A DNA stretch of 64,000 nt from an uncultured Verrucomicrobiota bacterium (lineage in GTDB: Bacteria; Verrucomicrobiota; Verrucomicrobiia; Limisphaerales; UBA9464). Shown here piece by piece: positions 49,501-57,725 of the stretch. The translations under genes were made by a program, and so were the position numbers. Position 1 is the first letter of the stretch. Each line of letters starts with the position of its first letter. The stretch is taken from positions 22,407 to 86,406 of the forward strand of contig CAIXUG010000070.1 in NCBI GenBank assembly GCA_903922605.1, given 5' to 3'. Under the pieces are notes generated by a model, which saw only the letters and a program-made list of their open reading frames with translations, was not told the DNA's origin and searched no databases.

Positions 49501-50173
49501 GCGCCATGCGCTCGCCGAAAGCTGGCGAATCCAGCAGGCGATCGACCACCCGCTCGAACGCGCCGGGCGCGCTGTCCGCCAGAAAGGCATCCACCTCCGC
49601 CGGCGTCGGCGGGAGGCCGGTGAGGTCCAGACTCACCCGCCGGATCAGCGTGTATTTGTCGGCCTCGCTCTCGGGTTTGAACCCCTTCTCTTCCAAGCGG
49701 GCGAGGATGAAGCGATCCACGGGGTTCCGGCACCAGCGCGGGTTGCGGACCTTGGGCAGGGTGGCCTCCTTCGGCACCTCGAAGGCCCAGTGCCCCTTGA
49801 ACTCCGCGCCACTGGCAATCCAACGCCGCAACAGGTCAGCCTCCTCCTTGGTAATATGCTTCCCGGTTTTCGCGGGCGGCATGACTTCCTCCGGGTCGGT
49901 GGCGGTGACGCGGCGGAGCAATTCCGAGGCGTTCGGCTGGCCGGCCACGAGCGCCCGCTTGCCGGACTTGAGCTCCTGAAACGGCACATCCGCCACGTCC
50001 AGGCGCAGACCGCCTTTGACCTTGGTCGCGTCCGGGCCGTGGCAGGCAAAGCATTTGTCCGACAGGATCGGGCGGATCTGCGTCTGAAAGTCGGGCTTGC
50101 CGGCCGCCTGCAACAGGCACGGAAGCGCCAGCACGGCGGCAGACCATAGGACTCGGGCAAACGGGCGCATCAT
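46574..50173 (-). CDS. PSCyt1 (planctomycete cytochrome c) + DUF1549 + DUF1553 protein with a central lectin-like insert
   Basis: Signal peptide. CFACHG heme-binding-like motif at residues ~41-46. DUF1549 blocks (RRVSLDLTGLPPT), DUF1553 blocks (GCAECHDHKFDP..FFNT), C-terminal PSD1 region. Residues ~560-760 look PA14/discoidin-like (SDDGIRVWLNGRQL; NLIDDKPDTGW). Confidence 0.92.
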   Translation of the reverse strand: MMRPFARVLWSAAVLALPCLLQAAGKPDFQTQIRPILSDKCFACHGPDATKVKGGLRLDVADVPFQELKSGKRALVAGQPNASELLRRVTATDPEEVMPPAKTGKHITKEEADLLRRWIASGAEFKGHWAFEVPKEATLPKVRNPRWCRNPVDRFILARLEEKGFKPESEADKYTLIRRVSLDLTGLPPTPAEVDAFLADSAPGAFERVVDRLLDSPAFGERMAQWWLDLARYADTNGYHIDNNREIWLWREWVIRAFNRNMPFDRFTVEQLAGDLLPGATLQQRVATGFNRNTMVNFEGGADPEEYLTKYVVDRVSTTGVTWLGLTVGCAECHDHKFDPVSTREFYQFYAFFNTIKEQGLDGNTSNPVPSIKVPSPEQQAEMERRKATIATLDQDYGQRVNSPSSAEAAEQAAWEKSLRTGLDMGWKTLAPDGAKSSGGATLTTQPDQSVLVSGTNAAKDTYEVTLTTLAEEMTAIRLEALPHETMTAKAFARSDNGNFVMTGFEAIAEAADPAKEPKLEPAVLGHWYSLGSFKAADANDAFNRAFIDEAAVDLAKKYDDGKLGWQEQPAWKEAEIIPLTGDNSATYVTRTITVPRAQLMRLSLGSDDGIRVWLNGRQLLANNASRAAAPDQESVLLPLKAGENRVLLKINNGGGGYAFYFRLIDEPVLSHPVKFATAFADFSQKDFPPTNLIDDKPDTGWAVEGHNPAHLQDHQVILVAAQPFGFASGTRLKLRLKFESGFPQHTLGHFRLAVSADDRLGDFAGLSDEVRGVLFRPVEKASADEQKRLTRHFLESRSPEVKALATKLSGEREALTKFEAALPDTMVMAELEQPRDTFQLIRGSFQQKGEKLLPGTPKFLPPLHPANPARATRLDLANWLVDPNHPLTARVTVNRLWQLFFGTGLVKTANDFGNQGDRPSHPELLDWLAYGFSHGLATPAGARGQPWNIKAMVRLLVTSEAYRQRSVVTPTKLELDPYNRLLTRGPRFRLDAEFLRDQALSAAGLLDRTIGGPSVKPYQPPGLWEAIGFGNGFSSQSYEPSHGPSLYRRGLYVYWKRSLPHPELTTFDAPSREVCTVTRPRTSTPLQALVLMNDPQYVEAARGLAQRVLREAPGELKGQLDYVFRLVLARPPRAEELKLLERIYRQQLANYSANPEAAAKLTAVGESARPAQVESAVLAAWTAVGNVLLNLDEVITKG

Positions 50174-50265
50174 GAACGGGGTGATTCTGGAGTCACGTTA
50201 CCCCGCAGACGGAGCGAGGCAACGGGCGATTCAGCGAAGCGGGCGGGAAGAAACTGGAGGAGCAC

Positions 50266-50361
50266 CCAAAACCAAGCTCAAAGCTCAAAATTCAAAAAGG
50301 GCGGTTCAGAAATCGCAGCTGCTCGGGAGCTTTGAGCTTTGAATTTTGCGCTTTGAATTTC
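50266..50361. repeat. 7-nt-period repeat hairpin (GCTCAAA-type arm and AGCTTTG-type arm)
   Basis: Left arm AACCAAG CTCAAAG CTCAAAA TTCAAAA. Right arm GAGCTTT GAGCTTT GAATTTT GCGCTTT GAATTTC. The arms are mutually complementary. Shares 20 nt with 1007-1026. Confidence 0.85.
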
Positions 50362-50372
50362 CCTCCCGCCCT

Positions 50373-50771
50373 TCAGGCCGTCCGGTCCAAGGCAGCCAAT
50401 GCCTGCCGCAGGGCGAGCACCCGCTCTTCTTCGCTGATGGCCGGACGGATCATGAGACTGTCGGCCAGTTGCAACAGGCGCTGCCCGGAGATGCGGAAAC
50501 CAAGGAAATCACGCCAGAAGGTAAGCTCACGCCGCCCGCGGTAGTGCAGCAGATCCACCGCTGTCTCGACCTCGGTACGATCGGTGGCTTCGGCCGCTTC
50601 CTGGATGACGGTCCAGTCGATCTGGAAGGCGGAAGGGTCAATCCAGTGAATCAACGCCATCGCGGGTCGCTTCCAGAGGGGGATGCATTGCTGGAAGAGG
50701 TGTTGCAAGGCTGGTTCGGAGGACAAACCCGTCTTGGCACAATACAGGTGTTTGAAGGTTGCGTGGGTCAT
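50373..50771 (-). CDS. uncharacterised protein, short third member of the 25476/26279 family (N-domain only)
   Basis: 132 aa. TFKHLYCAKTG..ALIHWIDPSAFQIDWTVI..FLGFRISGQRL aligns with the N-terminal domains of the two tandem paralogs. Confidence 0.65.
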   Translation of the reverse strand: MTHATFKHLYCAKTGLSSEPALQHLFQQCIPLWKRPAMALIHWIDPSAFQIDWTVIQEAAEATDRTEVETAVDLLHYRGRRELTFWRDFLGFRISGQRLLQLADSLMIRPAISEEERVLALRQALAALDRTA

Positions 50772-50892
50772 CGCAAGGTTTCCCTTGCCCCTGATCTAAG
50801 TCCTTCCAGCAAAAGGCGTCAAGCGCAAGGTGTTACCCTCGCTTGACGCCGTGAATCAGTCCCGCCGCCCAAAGGCGGCTCGGGCGACAATA

Positions 50893-52488
50893 TTAAGGTT
50901 GCCGCACCGCGCGGTAAATCCGCTGCGGATGGTCCGGAGAATCCAGATCGATGTAGATCTGGCTGCTGTTGGTGAGGGTCAGCGTGGTCAACGGTGTCCA
51001 GGTGAGATCCCCCAGCGCCAGCCGGTACTCGATGCTGTAACTGGCTCCCACGGCTCCTTTCACCGTCAGGCCCAGGTAGCTCTTCGCCAAGAGTTCCGGA
51101 TCCAGCACGACGATTTGGGCGGCATGGCTGACCGCACTCCCCGTGGCGTTGCTGACCGTGACGAGGTAGCTGCCCGCGTCAAAGGCCGTGGCGCTGCCGA
51201 TGACAAACGTGGCGTTGGTCGCGCCCGGCAGGTTCGTGCCCGCATGCTGCCACTGGTAGCTCAGGGGCGCACCACCTTGGGCGGTCACCGACAGGGTGTA
51301 AGCCCCGTCCAGCGCGAGGGTCGTGCCCAACGGCTGAACCGAGATGCCCGGAGCCGACGACAGCGTGTCCGGCGACAGCAGGAAAGCGTGCGCGACACCG
51401 CCAAAGGTGCCGGTCCCGACAATCTGGCCCAGGTTATTGATGGCATTGGCCCGTGTGAGCACCCAACCGCTGCCGGACGGCAGCAGCGTGTTCAAATCCG
51501 TCATCACCCCGCCCTGCCAAAGAAACGCATGGGCATCCCCGCTGGCGGTGGTCGACGTGCCGACCACCTTATCAGTGCTGTTGATGTCGTACGCCGAGCT
51601 TGAAGCCCCCCCGAGGGTGCCCAGATCTTCCAACCCGCTGCCCGTGTAGCGGAAGGCATGTTTGACGGCGCTGCCGGCGGTCAGGCTCATGTCCCCCACG
51701 GCATGTCCGGACGCATTGACGCTGTAGGCGTCACTGAGATGGTTGGCCGGCAGACCCGAATCCAGGATGTTTGTCCCGCCATCCCGGGTGTCGATGAATT
51801 CAAAACCATTGGTCCGGAAGAGGACCGCGCGGATGAGGTTCACCTCAATATGCAGGCCATCAAGCGGACGCGAGCCCCGGGATGTGCCGACCTGCTGGCC
51901 GGCGGCCCCCACGCCCAGATTGCCCTCATTGATCGAGTAGATCCGGCAATAGCCCAGCGAGTTCGGGTCACCCACCGCGCCCAGGCCAAACCCGTAAGTG
52001 CTCCCATCCGGAAGGAGCACTTTGCCATATTCGAGATCATTCAACGGCCCGTCAGGCCCCCATCCCACCACAGTGCCTGCATTGTTTATGCCCAGCGGAC
52101 TGATCTGAGACAGGTAGCCGAGATGTGTCCCCGTCGCTCCCGAATAAACACCGATCGCACTGCCAATGGGATAAGGCAGCGTTCCGTAATATCCGCTATC
52201 CAGCACGAGGTCGGAATCGTTGATGGCGGTGGCCTGGCTGTTGGTGGCGGAAATGGGTCCGCCACCAAAGGGCAGGTTGCCGAGCGGAATGTCGATGTTC
52301 TGAACGATGGCACCGTTGTAATAAAACGCCTGCGCCTCGCCGGTGGTGCCCACGGCATGCCCGGAATTGTTGATGTCATTGGCGGTACCCGTACCGAGAT
52401 CGGTGATGGTGTTCGCCCCCAAGGCGTCGAACAGGCTGGCACAGGCCAGCATTGATACAAGCAGGCTTCGAGTGAGATGTGTTTTCAT
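50893..52488 (-). CDS. HAF-repeat extracellular protein, subtype A (copy A-prime), Ig-like domain + conserved C-terminal module
   Basis: Signal peptide. Repeated DLGTGTANDINNSGHAVGT / LGTLGGASSSAYDINSTDKVVGTS HAF units. YQWQHAGTNLPGAT Ig-like domain. Ends ..DSPDHPQRIYRAVRQP. Confidence 0.88.
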   Translation of the reverse strand: MKTHLTRSLLVSMLACASLFDALGANTITDLGTGTANDINNSGHAVGTTGEAQAFYYNGAIVQNIDIPLGNLPFGGGPISATNSQATAINDSDLVLDSGYYGTLPYPIGSAIGVYSGATGTHLGYLSQISPLGINNAGTVVGWGPDGPLNDLEYGKVLLPDGSTYGFGLGAVGDPNSLGYCRIYSINEGNLGVGAAGQQVGTSRGSRPLDGLHIEVNLIRAVLFRTNGFEFIDTRDGGTNILDSGLPANHLSDAYSVNASGHAVGDMSLTAGSAVKHAFRYTGSGLEDLGTLGGASSSAYDINSTDKVVGTSTTASGDAHAFLWQGGVMTDLNTLLPSGSGWVLTRANAINNLGQIVGTGTFGGVAHAFLLSPDTLSSAPGISVQPLGTTLALDGAYTLSVTAQGGAPLSYQWQHAGTNLPGATNATFVIGSATAFDAGSYLVTVSNATGSAVSHAAQIVVLDPELLAKSYLGLTVKGAVGASYSIEYRLALGDLTWTPLTTLTLTNSSQIYIDLDSPDHPQRIYRAVRQP

Positions 52489-52535
52489 GCGGTTGATGCG
52501 TCAATCTGGCTGAAAAAAAGGCGGAGTCCAGCCGC

Positions 52536-54065
52536 TCAAGGCAGGAGCACGGCCCGATAAAACCGGTGCGGGTGCTGCGGAGAATCGGCATCCACCCACA
52601 GGAAAGAGGTGGTGCTCAGGGTCACGGTCGCCAGAGTCTGCCAGTTGGTGTTACCCACCGCCTCCACCGACTCGATGCGAAAGTTCTGTCCCACCGTTCC
52701 CGTCACGGTGATGCCGGCGTAGAAGCTCAGCTGCAGACTTTGCAGGATCGAGACCTCCACCGACACGTTATCGCTGGCAGTGGTTCCGAAGGAATTGGAG
52801 ACCAGGACCTGGTAATTGCCCGCATCGGCCAGGGTGGCCGACGCCACCGTGTAGGTATTGGTGATGGCTCCGGGCAGATTCGTGCCAGCGTGCTTCCACT
52901 GGTAGGTCAGCGTGCCCGGGCCGCTGGCCGTGACGGAGAGCGCCAGCGGCGCGCCGGAGAGGATGTGGCCGCCGAGGGGCTGGGCGCTGATCGCGGGCGG
53001 AATGTTGTTGGCGGTCGGCCGGAGCAGGAATGCATGGGCCACGCCATCCTTCAGGCCCTGGCCGACAATCACGCCGTCATCGTTGATCGCATTGGCGTAG
53101 GTGAACACCCAGCCAGCGGCACCGCTGGTGACCAGCGAATTGAGATCGGACAGCTGGGAGTTGACGAAGACAAAGGCGTGGGGAGTTCCGTCAGGCACCA
53201 TCGAACTGCCGACGACGACGCCTGCGTTATTGATGTCGTTGGCCATGCTTTGGACACCGCCCAGGCTACCCAGGCCGATGGCCGAGCCGTTGGCATAGAG
53301 GAAGGGCAAAGAATACTTGGGGGTCGGTGAGAAGCTGGCATCGACCGCGTACCCCACCAACTGACCCGAGGAGTTCACGCTCAGCGCTTCGCTGGACACC
53401 TGGGACCCGAGGAGTCCTTCGACCGCGCTCACGTCCAGCCACGAATACGTGCTGCCACTGGTGCTGGCGGAGAACGTGCAGGCCTTGAAGAAGGGGCCGC
53501 CGCCGACCACGGTCTTGCCGACAATCAGACCGCCCGTGTTGACCGACCGTCCTACCGACAGGAAACCTGCCAGGGGCACGGTGTCGGTGCCCACATAGGC
53601 ATACTGATTTCCGACGACCGTTCCGCCGGAGTTCACGCCGTAGGGGCCGTGCACTCCGTAATCTCCCACCATGATACCGGTTCCGCTGCCATCGTAGATA
53701 AAGCCGGTGAAATTGATCGGAGGCTGGCCGGGTTGCGGGGGAGGCCCCGGCGAAAAACCCTCCCCAATGATGCGGCCATTGTCATTGATCGCCCAGGCCA
53801 CGCTCGGAGTGACTGGCGCGGTTCCCTCCCCGGGAAGTGGCTGCAGGACCAGGGTCGGGATCACCGGGAGCTTCGTCCTGGTGGTGCCATCATAATACCA
53901 AGGACTGGCACCATCATTGCCTACCACCTTGCCGGAGCTGTTAATGTCATTGGCGGCCCCGGTCCCGAGATCCGTGAGGGTGTAGGTCGTGGCCGCCAAG
54001 GCTCCAGTCAGGCTGGCACAGGCGAGCATCGAAGTGAGAAAACTGCGAATCCGTTGGGTTTTCAT
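52536..54065 (-). CDS. HAF-repeat extracellular protein, subtype B (copy B-prime)
   Basis: From ATG 54065: MKTQRIRSFLTSMLACASLTGALAATTYTLTDLGTGAANDINSSGKVVGN... Ig-like YQWKHAGTNLPGA. Ends ..DSPQHPHRFYRAVLLP. Confidence 0.88.
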   Translation of the reverse strand: MKTQRIRSFLTSMLACASLTGALAATTYTLTDLGTGAANDINSSGKVVGNDGASPWYYDGTTRTKLPVIPTLVLQPLPGEGTAPVTPSVAWAINDNGRIIGEGFSPGPPPQPGQPPINFTGFIYDGSGTGIMVGDYGVHGPYGVNSGGTVVGNQYAYVGTDTVPLAGFLSVGRSVNTGGLIVGKTVVGGGPFFKACTFSASTSGSTYSWLDVSAVEGLLGSQVSSEALSVNSSGQLVGYAVDASFSPTPKYSLPFLYANGSAIGLGSLGGVQSMANDINNAGVVVGSSMVPDGTPHAFVFVNSQLSDLNSLVTSGAAGWVFTYANAINDDGVIVGQGLKDGVAHAFLLRPTANNIPPAISAQPLGGHILSGAPLALSVTASGPGTLTYQWKHAGTNLPGAITNTYTVASATLADAGNYQVLVSNSFGTTASDNVSVEVSILQSLQLSFYAGITVTGTVGQNFRIESVEAVGNTNWQTLATVTLSTTSFLWVDADSPQHPHRFYRAVLLP

Positions 54066-54121
54066 GGAGGTAGTTTCGACCAATTTCCGCAACAAACGAC
54101 TCAGAGGCGCAGCCGAACCGC

Positions 54122-55384
54122 TCAGGGCAGAAGCACCCCTCGATAGAACCGGCTCGGGTGCAGTGCCGAATCGGAATCCACCCATAAATATGTGGCCGCA
54201 GTAAGCGTCACGTTGCCCAGCGGCTGCCACACGGTGTCGCTCACGTGGTCCACCGCCTCGATGCGGAAGCTCTGCCCGACCTTGCCCGTCACGGTGATGC
54301 TGGCGTCGGGGGTGAGTTGCAGCAGCAAATGGACTGCCGACGGCAGGGTATCGGTGGCGGGCGCCAGCAGAAAGGCATGCGCCACGCCATCTTTCTGCCC
54401 TTCGCCCACGATGACACCCTGGTCGTTCACCGCATTGGCGGAGGTGAGCACCCAGCCGCTTCCGCCGGAGGAGATCAGCGTGTTCAGATCGGCCATTGCG
54501 CCGTTGGCATAGACGAAGGCATGGAAAGTCTGATCCGCCACCATGGAGTTGCCCACGATGAGACCGGCGTTGTTGATGTCCCTTGCTTCGCTTCGAAAAC
54601 CACCCAGACCACCAAGGTTCACGGCCGTGCCGTTGGTATATAGAAAAGCCACCGAAACCTGGGCGGAATTAAAGGGGGATGACCCGGCATATTCCAATTC
54701 ACCCACCATCTGGCCGGCGTCATTGACGCTGAAAAGATAGCTGTTTCTTCGCGGGCCCACGATATCATACAACGGCGACAGGTCCGGCTGCGAATTGGTC
54801 CCGCCAGCGAACACGGTGGCCGTGGGATATCCGCTGTCGTTGGGGGAGGCATAGCCGACAATCAGGCCGGCGGAGTTGATCGCCAGTCCCACCGCCCCGA
54901 ACCCTGACAACCCCCCGATATTGGTTCCGTCAAATGTGAAACCGTTCCCGACAACTTCACCATTGGACCCAATCCCAGTCGGATGACGCTGCGGCCCCAG
55001 CAGGGCAGCCACGGAGTTGGTGTGGGCAAGGTCGTAAACATAGCCGTTCAAGTTTCCCGTAGGGTCAAGCGGAAGATAGGTGCTGCCCAGAATCTGATCA
55101 GCGTCGTTGATGGCCAGCACCATGGTGGGACTAAGAGAATAAGGTGGCGGCCCCGGGGGAGTGTTTGGGTATTGCGCCATGAAGTGCGGTGTCGTCCTGT
55201 TCGTGCCGTCAAAATACCAGCCACCGGCCGCATCGTTTCCCACCACCTTGCCCGTGCTGTTGATGTCGTTGGCCGCGCCGGTGCCCAGATCGGTCAGGGT
55301 GTAGGTGGTGGCCGCCAAGGCGCCGGCCAGGCTGGCACAGGCCAGCATCGAAGCGAGTGAACTGCGGATCAGTTGTGATTTCAT
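54122..55384 (-). CDS. HAF-repeat extracellular protein, subtype B, lacking the Ig-like domain
   Basis: MKSQLIRSSLASMLACASLAGALAATTYTLTDLGTGAANDINSTGKVVGN... No YQW.HAGTN segment. Ends ..DSALHPSRFYRGVLLP. Confidence 0.88.
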   Translation of the reverse strand: MKSQLIRSSLASMLACASLAGALAATTYTLTDLGTGAANDINSTGKVVGNDAAGGWYFDGTNRTTPHFMAQYPNTPPGPPPYSLSPTMVLAINDADQILGSTYLPLDPTGNLNGYVYDLAHTNSVAALLGPQRHPTGIGSNGEVVGNGFTFDGTNIGGLSGFGAVGLAINSAGLIVGYASPNDSGYPTATVFAGGTNSQPDLSPLYDIVGPRRNSYLFSVNDAGQMVGELEYAGSSPFNSAQVSVAFLYTNGTAVNLGGLGGFRSEARDINNAGLIVGNSMVADQTFHAFVYANGAMADLNTLISSGGSGWVLTSANAVNDQGVIVGEGQKDGVAHAFLLAPATDTLPSAVHLLLQLTPDASITVTGKVGQSFRIEAVDHVSDTVWQPLGNVTLTAATYLWVDSDSALHPSRFYRGVLLP

Positions 55385-55470
55385 GGGGTGACTCGAACGA
55401 GGGGTTCTTGATGAACGGGCTGAAATTTGGAGCTGCTGCGTCAGGCGGCTCCGTGGGCTCCCTGACCCGC

Positions 55471-55529
55471 CTGGTTACACATCGTTTATTATTGTAAACA
55501 GACTTGGTCAGGCCATTCCCGGTGACAAT
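55471..55529 (-). promoter_or_regulatory. conserved upstream block shared with 57726-57789 (candidate promoter/operator of the HAF operon)
   Basis: Shared blocks TGGTTAC, TTTAT..TATTGTAAA and CTTG(G)TCA(G/A)GCCA(T/G)TCC(C/G)GGT(G/C)ACAAT (22/27 in the last block). On the gene strand this contains TACAAT and TGACCA/TTGACA hexamers, but with non-canonical spacing. Confidence 0.35.
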
Positions 55530-55542
55530 CCGGCGCGCTCAC

Positions 55543-57135
55543 TCAAGGCTGAAGCACCGCCCGGTAAAGGCGCTGGGCATGGCTCGGTGAATCGAAGTCG
55601 ATGTAAACCTGGGTGGCGTTGGTCAGCGTCAGCGTCGCCAAGGTCGTCCAGGTGGTGACATCCACCGACGGGCGGTAGTCAATGTTGTAGGTTGCCCCCA
55701 CCACGCCCTCGAGGGTCAGTCCGAGGAAATTTCCCGCCGTCAGGTGCACATTCTGCACGACGATTTCAGCTCCGGCACTGACGGTGTTTCCCGCCGCGTT
55801 GCGCACCGTCACCAGATAACTGCCAGCATCATCCGGCGTCGCCCGGGCAATGGTGTACGTGGACTGGGTTGCCCCCGGCACATTGGTGCCGGCGTGCTGC
55901 CATTGGTAGGTCAGCGGTTCGCCCCCCTGCGCCGTGACCGACAGGGTGTAAGATTGCCCCGCCGCGACCGTTGCTCCCACGGGAGGCACCAGAATGCCAA
56001 GTGCCGGCGGCAGATTGGGAGGCGACAGGAGGAAGGCGTGCACCACGCCGCCCACGGCACCGCTGCCGACAATCTCACCCCGGTTGTTGATGGCATAGGC
56101 CCGCTGCAGCACCCAGCTGCTGCCGATCGGCAGCAGCGTGTTCAGATCCGTCATCACCCCATTCTGCCAGATGAAGGCGTGGGCACCTCCGGAGGCGGCC
56201 TGGGAAGTGCCGACGATCTGGTCTGAACTGTTGATGTCGTACGCCGAGCTCGTGGGCCCGCCCAAAGTGCCCAGATCCTGCAGCCCGGTGCCGATGTAGC
56301 GAAAGGCATGCTTCGAAGCGCTCCCCGGGGTCAGGCTCATGTCCCCGACAATGTGCCCGGCGGCATTGACGCCGTAGGCGTCGCTGAGGTGGCTGGCCGG
56401 AAGGTTGGGATCCACCACGGTCGTTCCCGGATCGCGGGCATCGATGTATTCGACGACCCCATTGGTCTGGAAGATGCAGGCTCGCACGAGGTTGGGCAGC
56501 GGGTGCAAGGTCCCTGAGCTTTGCCCATACTGGACGGCAGCGCTGCCGACCACCAGGCCGGCATCATTGATCGCCCCGGGTCGGGAGTAACCCCCATCAA
56601 AGTAAACAAACCGGGCGGGATCGTTGTATGGCAATTCGGGATTCAGGTCCCACATGCCCCAAGCGAAGTCACCATAGCTGCCCCCAGGAGTGGTTCCGAC
56701 AATCACGCCGGAGTTGTTCATGGCCACGGGAGAATAGAGGGTGAAAAGCAGAGCGCTGCCAGGCCCTGCTCCAACCTGATAGCGGTTGGACACGTGGCCA
56801 TCCACCCCAATGGCACCAGCGGTCGAGAGTCTCCCGCTGGCGACCACCACGTCGGAATCATTGATGGCGTTGGCCTGGCTGCTATCAGCGAAAGCTGCGG
56901 GTGTCCCCCCGCCGAAGCTTCCGGCTGGAAAGATCACGACGGGAAGGTTCTGAACGCTTACACCATCGTAGAAAAATGCCAGATTGGCACCCGTGGTCCC
57001 CACGACATGGCCGGAGTTGTTGATGTCGCTGGCCGCACCGGTACCCAGATCGACCAGGCTGTAGCCCTGGCCCAGAATCTTGAGTCCACCAAGCGAGAGC
57101 GCGACGAGGGCGGGAAAGAAGCTGCTGATTTTCAT
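55543..57135 (-). CDS. HAF-repeat extracellular protein, subtype A
   Basis: From ATG 57135: MKISSFFPALVALSLGG.. Clearly related at DNA level to 50893..52488 over long stretches (by eye). Ig-like YQWQHAGTNVPGAT. Ends ..DSPSHAQRLYRAVLQP. Confidence 0.88.
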   Translation of the reverse strand: MKISSFFPALVALSLGGLKILGQGYSLVDLGTGAASDINNSGHVVGTTGANLAFFYDGVSVQNLPVVIFPAGSFGGGTPAAFADSSQANAINDSDVVVASGRLSTAGAIGVDGHVSNRYQVGAGPGSALLFTLYSPVAMNNSGVIVGTTPGGSYGDFAWGMWDLNPELPYNDPARFVYFDGGYSRPGAINDAGLVVGSAAVQYGQSSGTLHPLPNLVRACIFQTNGVVEYIDARDPGTTVVDPNLPASHLSDAYGVNAAGHIVGDMSLTPGSASKHAFRYIGTGLQDLGTLGGPTSSAYDINSSDQIVGTSQAASGGAHAFIWQNGVMTDLNTLLPIGSSWVLQRAYAINNRGEIVGSGAVGGVVHAFLLSPPNLPPALGILVPPVGATVAAGQSYTLSVTAQGGEPLTYQWQHAGTNVPGATQSTYTIARATPDDAGSYLVTVRNAAGNTVSAGAEIVVQNVHLTAGNFLGLTLEGVVGATYNIDYRPSVDVTTWTTLATLTLTNATQVYIDFDSPSHAQRLYRAVLQP

Positions 57136-57320
57136 GCGAATTGGGATCCTTGGAATAAGCACCGCAGTTTGATTATATTTCTCTTATTTGTGAGTTAAGC
57201 ATTATTAATGCCAACTTCAACCAAGCCAATGCAGTGCGCCTTTCGCCAGCAAGCGCAGTGCCAACAGTGGCCCGCGTGCGACCAGGCCATCCTTTGCCGG
57301 CTTGGTTTTTCTGACGCCTT

Positions 57321-57680
57321 TCACAGCGCACACCATGTCTGCCGGTCTCGGTGCTGGCCAGGCGGCTCTTGGGCAAGGCTGAGCGTTTCTTGGTCCGACG
57401 GGAAGGCACTGGAATCCGGCCGAGTTATGCTTTGCGACGAAAGATGGGAGGCGCCAAAAGAGAGGTGGCCGAGCGGGATGTCGATGTTCTGACTGATGGC
57501 GCCGTTGTAAAAGAACGCCTGTGCATCGGCGGTGGTGCCTACCGCGTGGCCGGAGCTGTTGATGTCATTGGCCGTACCGGTGCCAAGATCGGTGACAGTG
57601 AAACCCTGGCCCTGGCCAACGATTCCGGCACACAACAGCGCAACCAGTGCCAGGCAGGAACGGAGAGAGGAAAATTTCAT
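57321..57680 (-). pseudogene. truncated fifth HAF-repeat paralog (signal peptide + first repeats only)
   Basis: MKFSSLRSCLALVALLCAGIVGQGQGFTVTDLGTGTANDINSSGHAVGTTADAQAFFYNGAISQNIDIPLG matches the first ~75 aa of subtype A. It then degenerates and stops at 119 aa. Confidence 0.75.
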
Positions 57681-57725
57681 GAGATGGAGGAGGAGCTATG
57701 TGCGGCAGACGCATCATTGACCTGC

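Noticed and set aside
57173-57492. ORFs 57173..57409 (-) and 57208..57492 (+) between HAF genes
   Set aside because: They lie in the decayed remnant of the truncated HAF paralog and its AT-rich junction. They have no motifs, and they overlap each other and the pseudogene.
50893-57680. Diversity-generating retroelement or phase-variable shufflon acting on the HAF array
   Set aside because: There is no reverse transcriptase, no template/variable repeat pair with adenine-specific differences, and no invertase or inverted-repeat-bounded promoter segment in the window.
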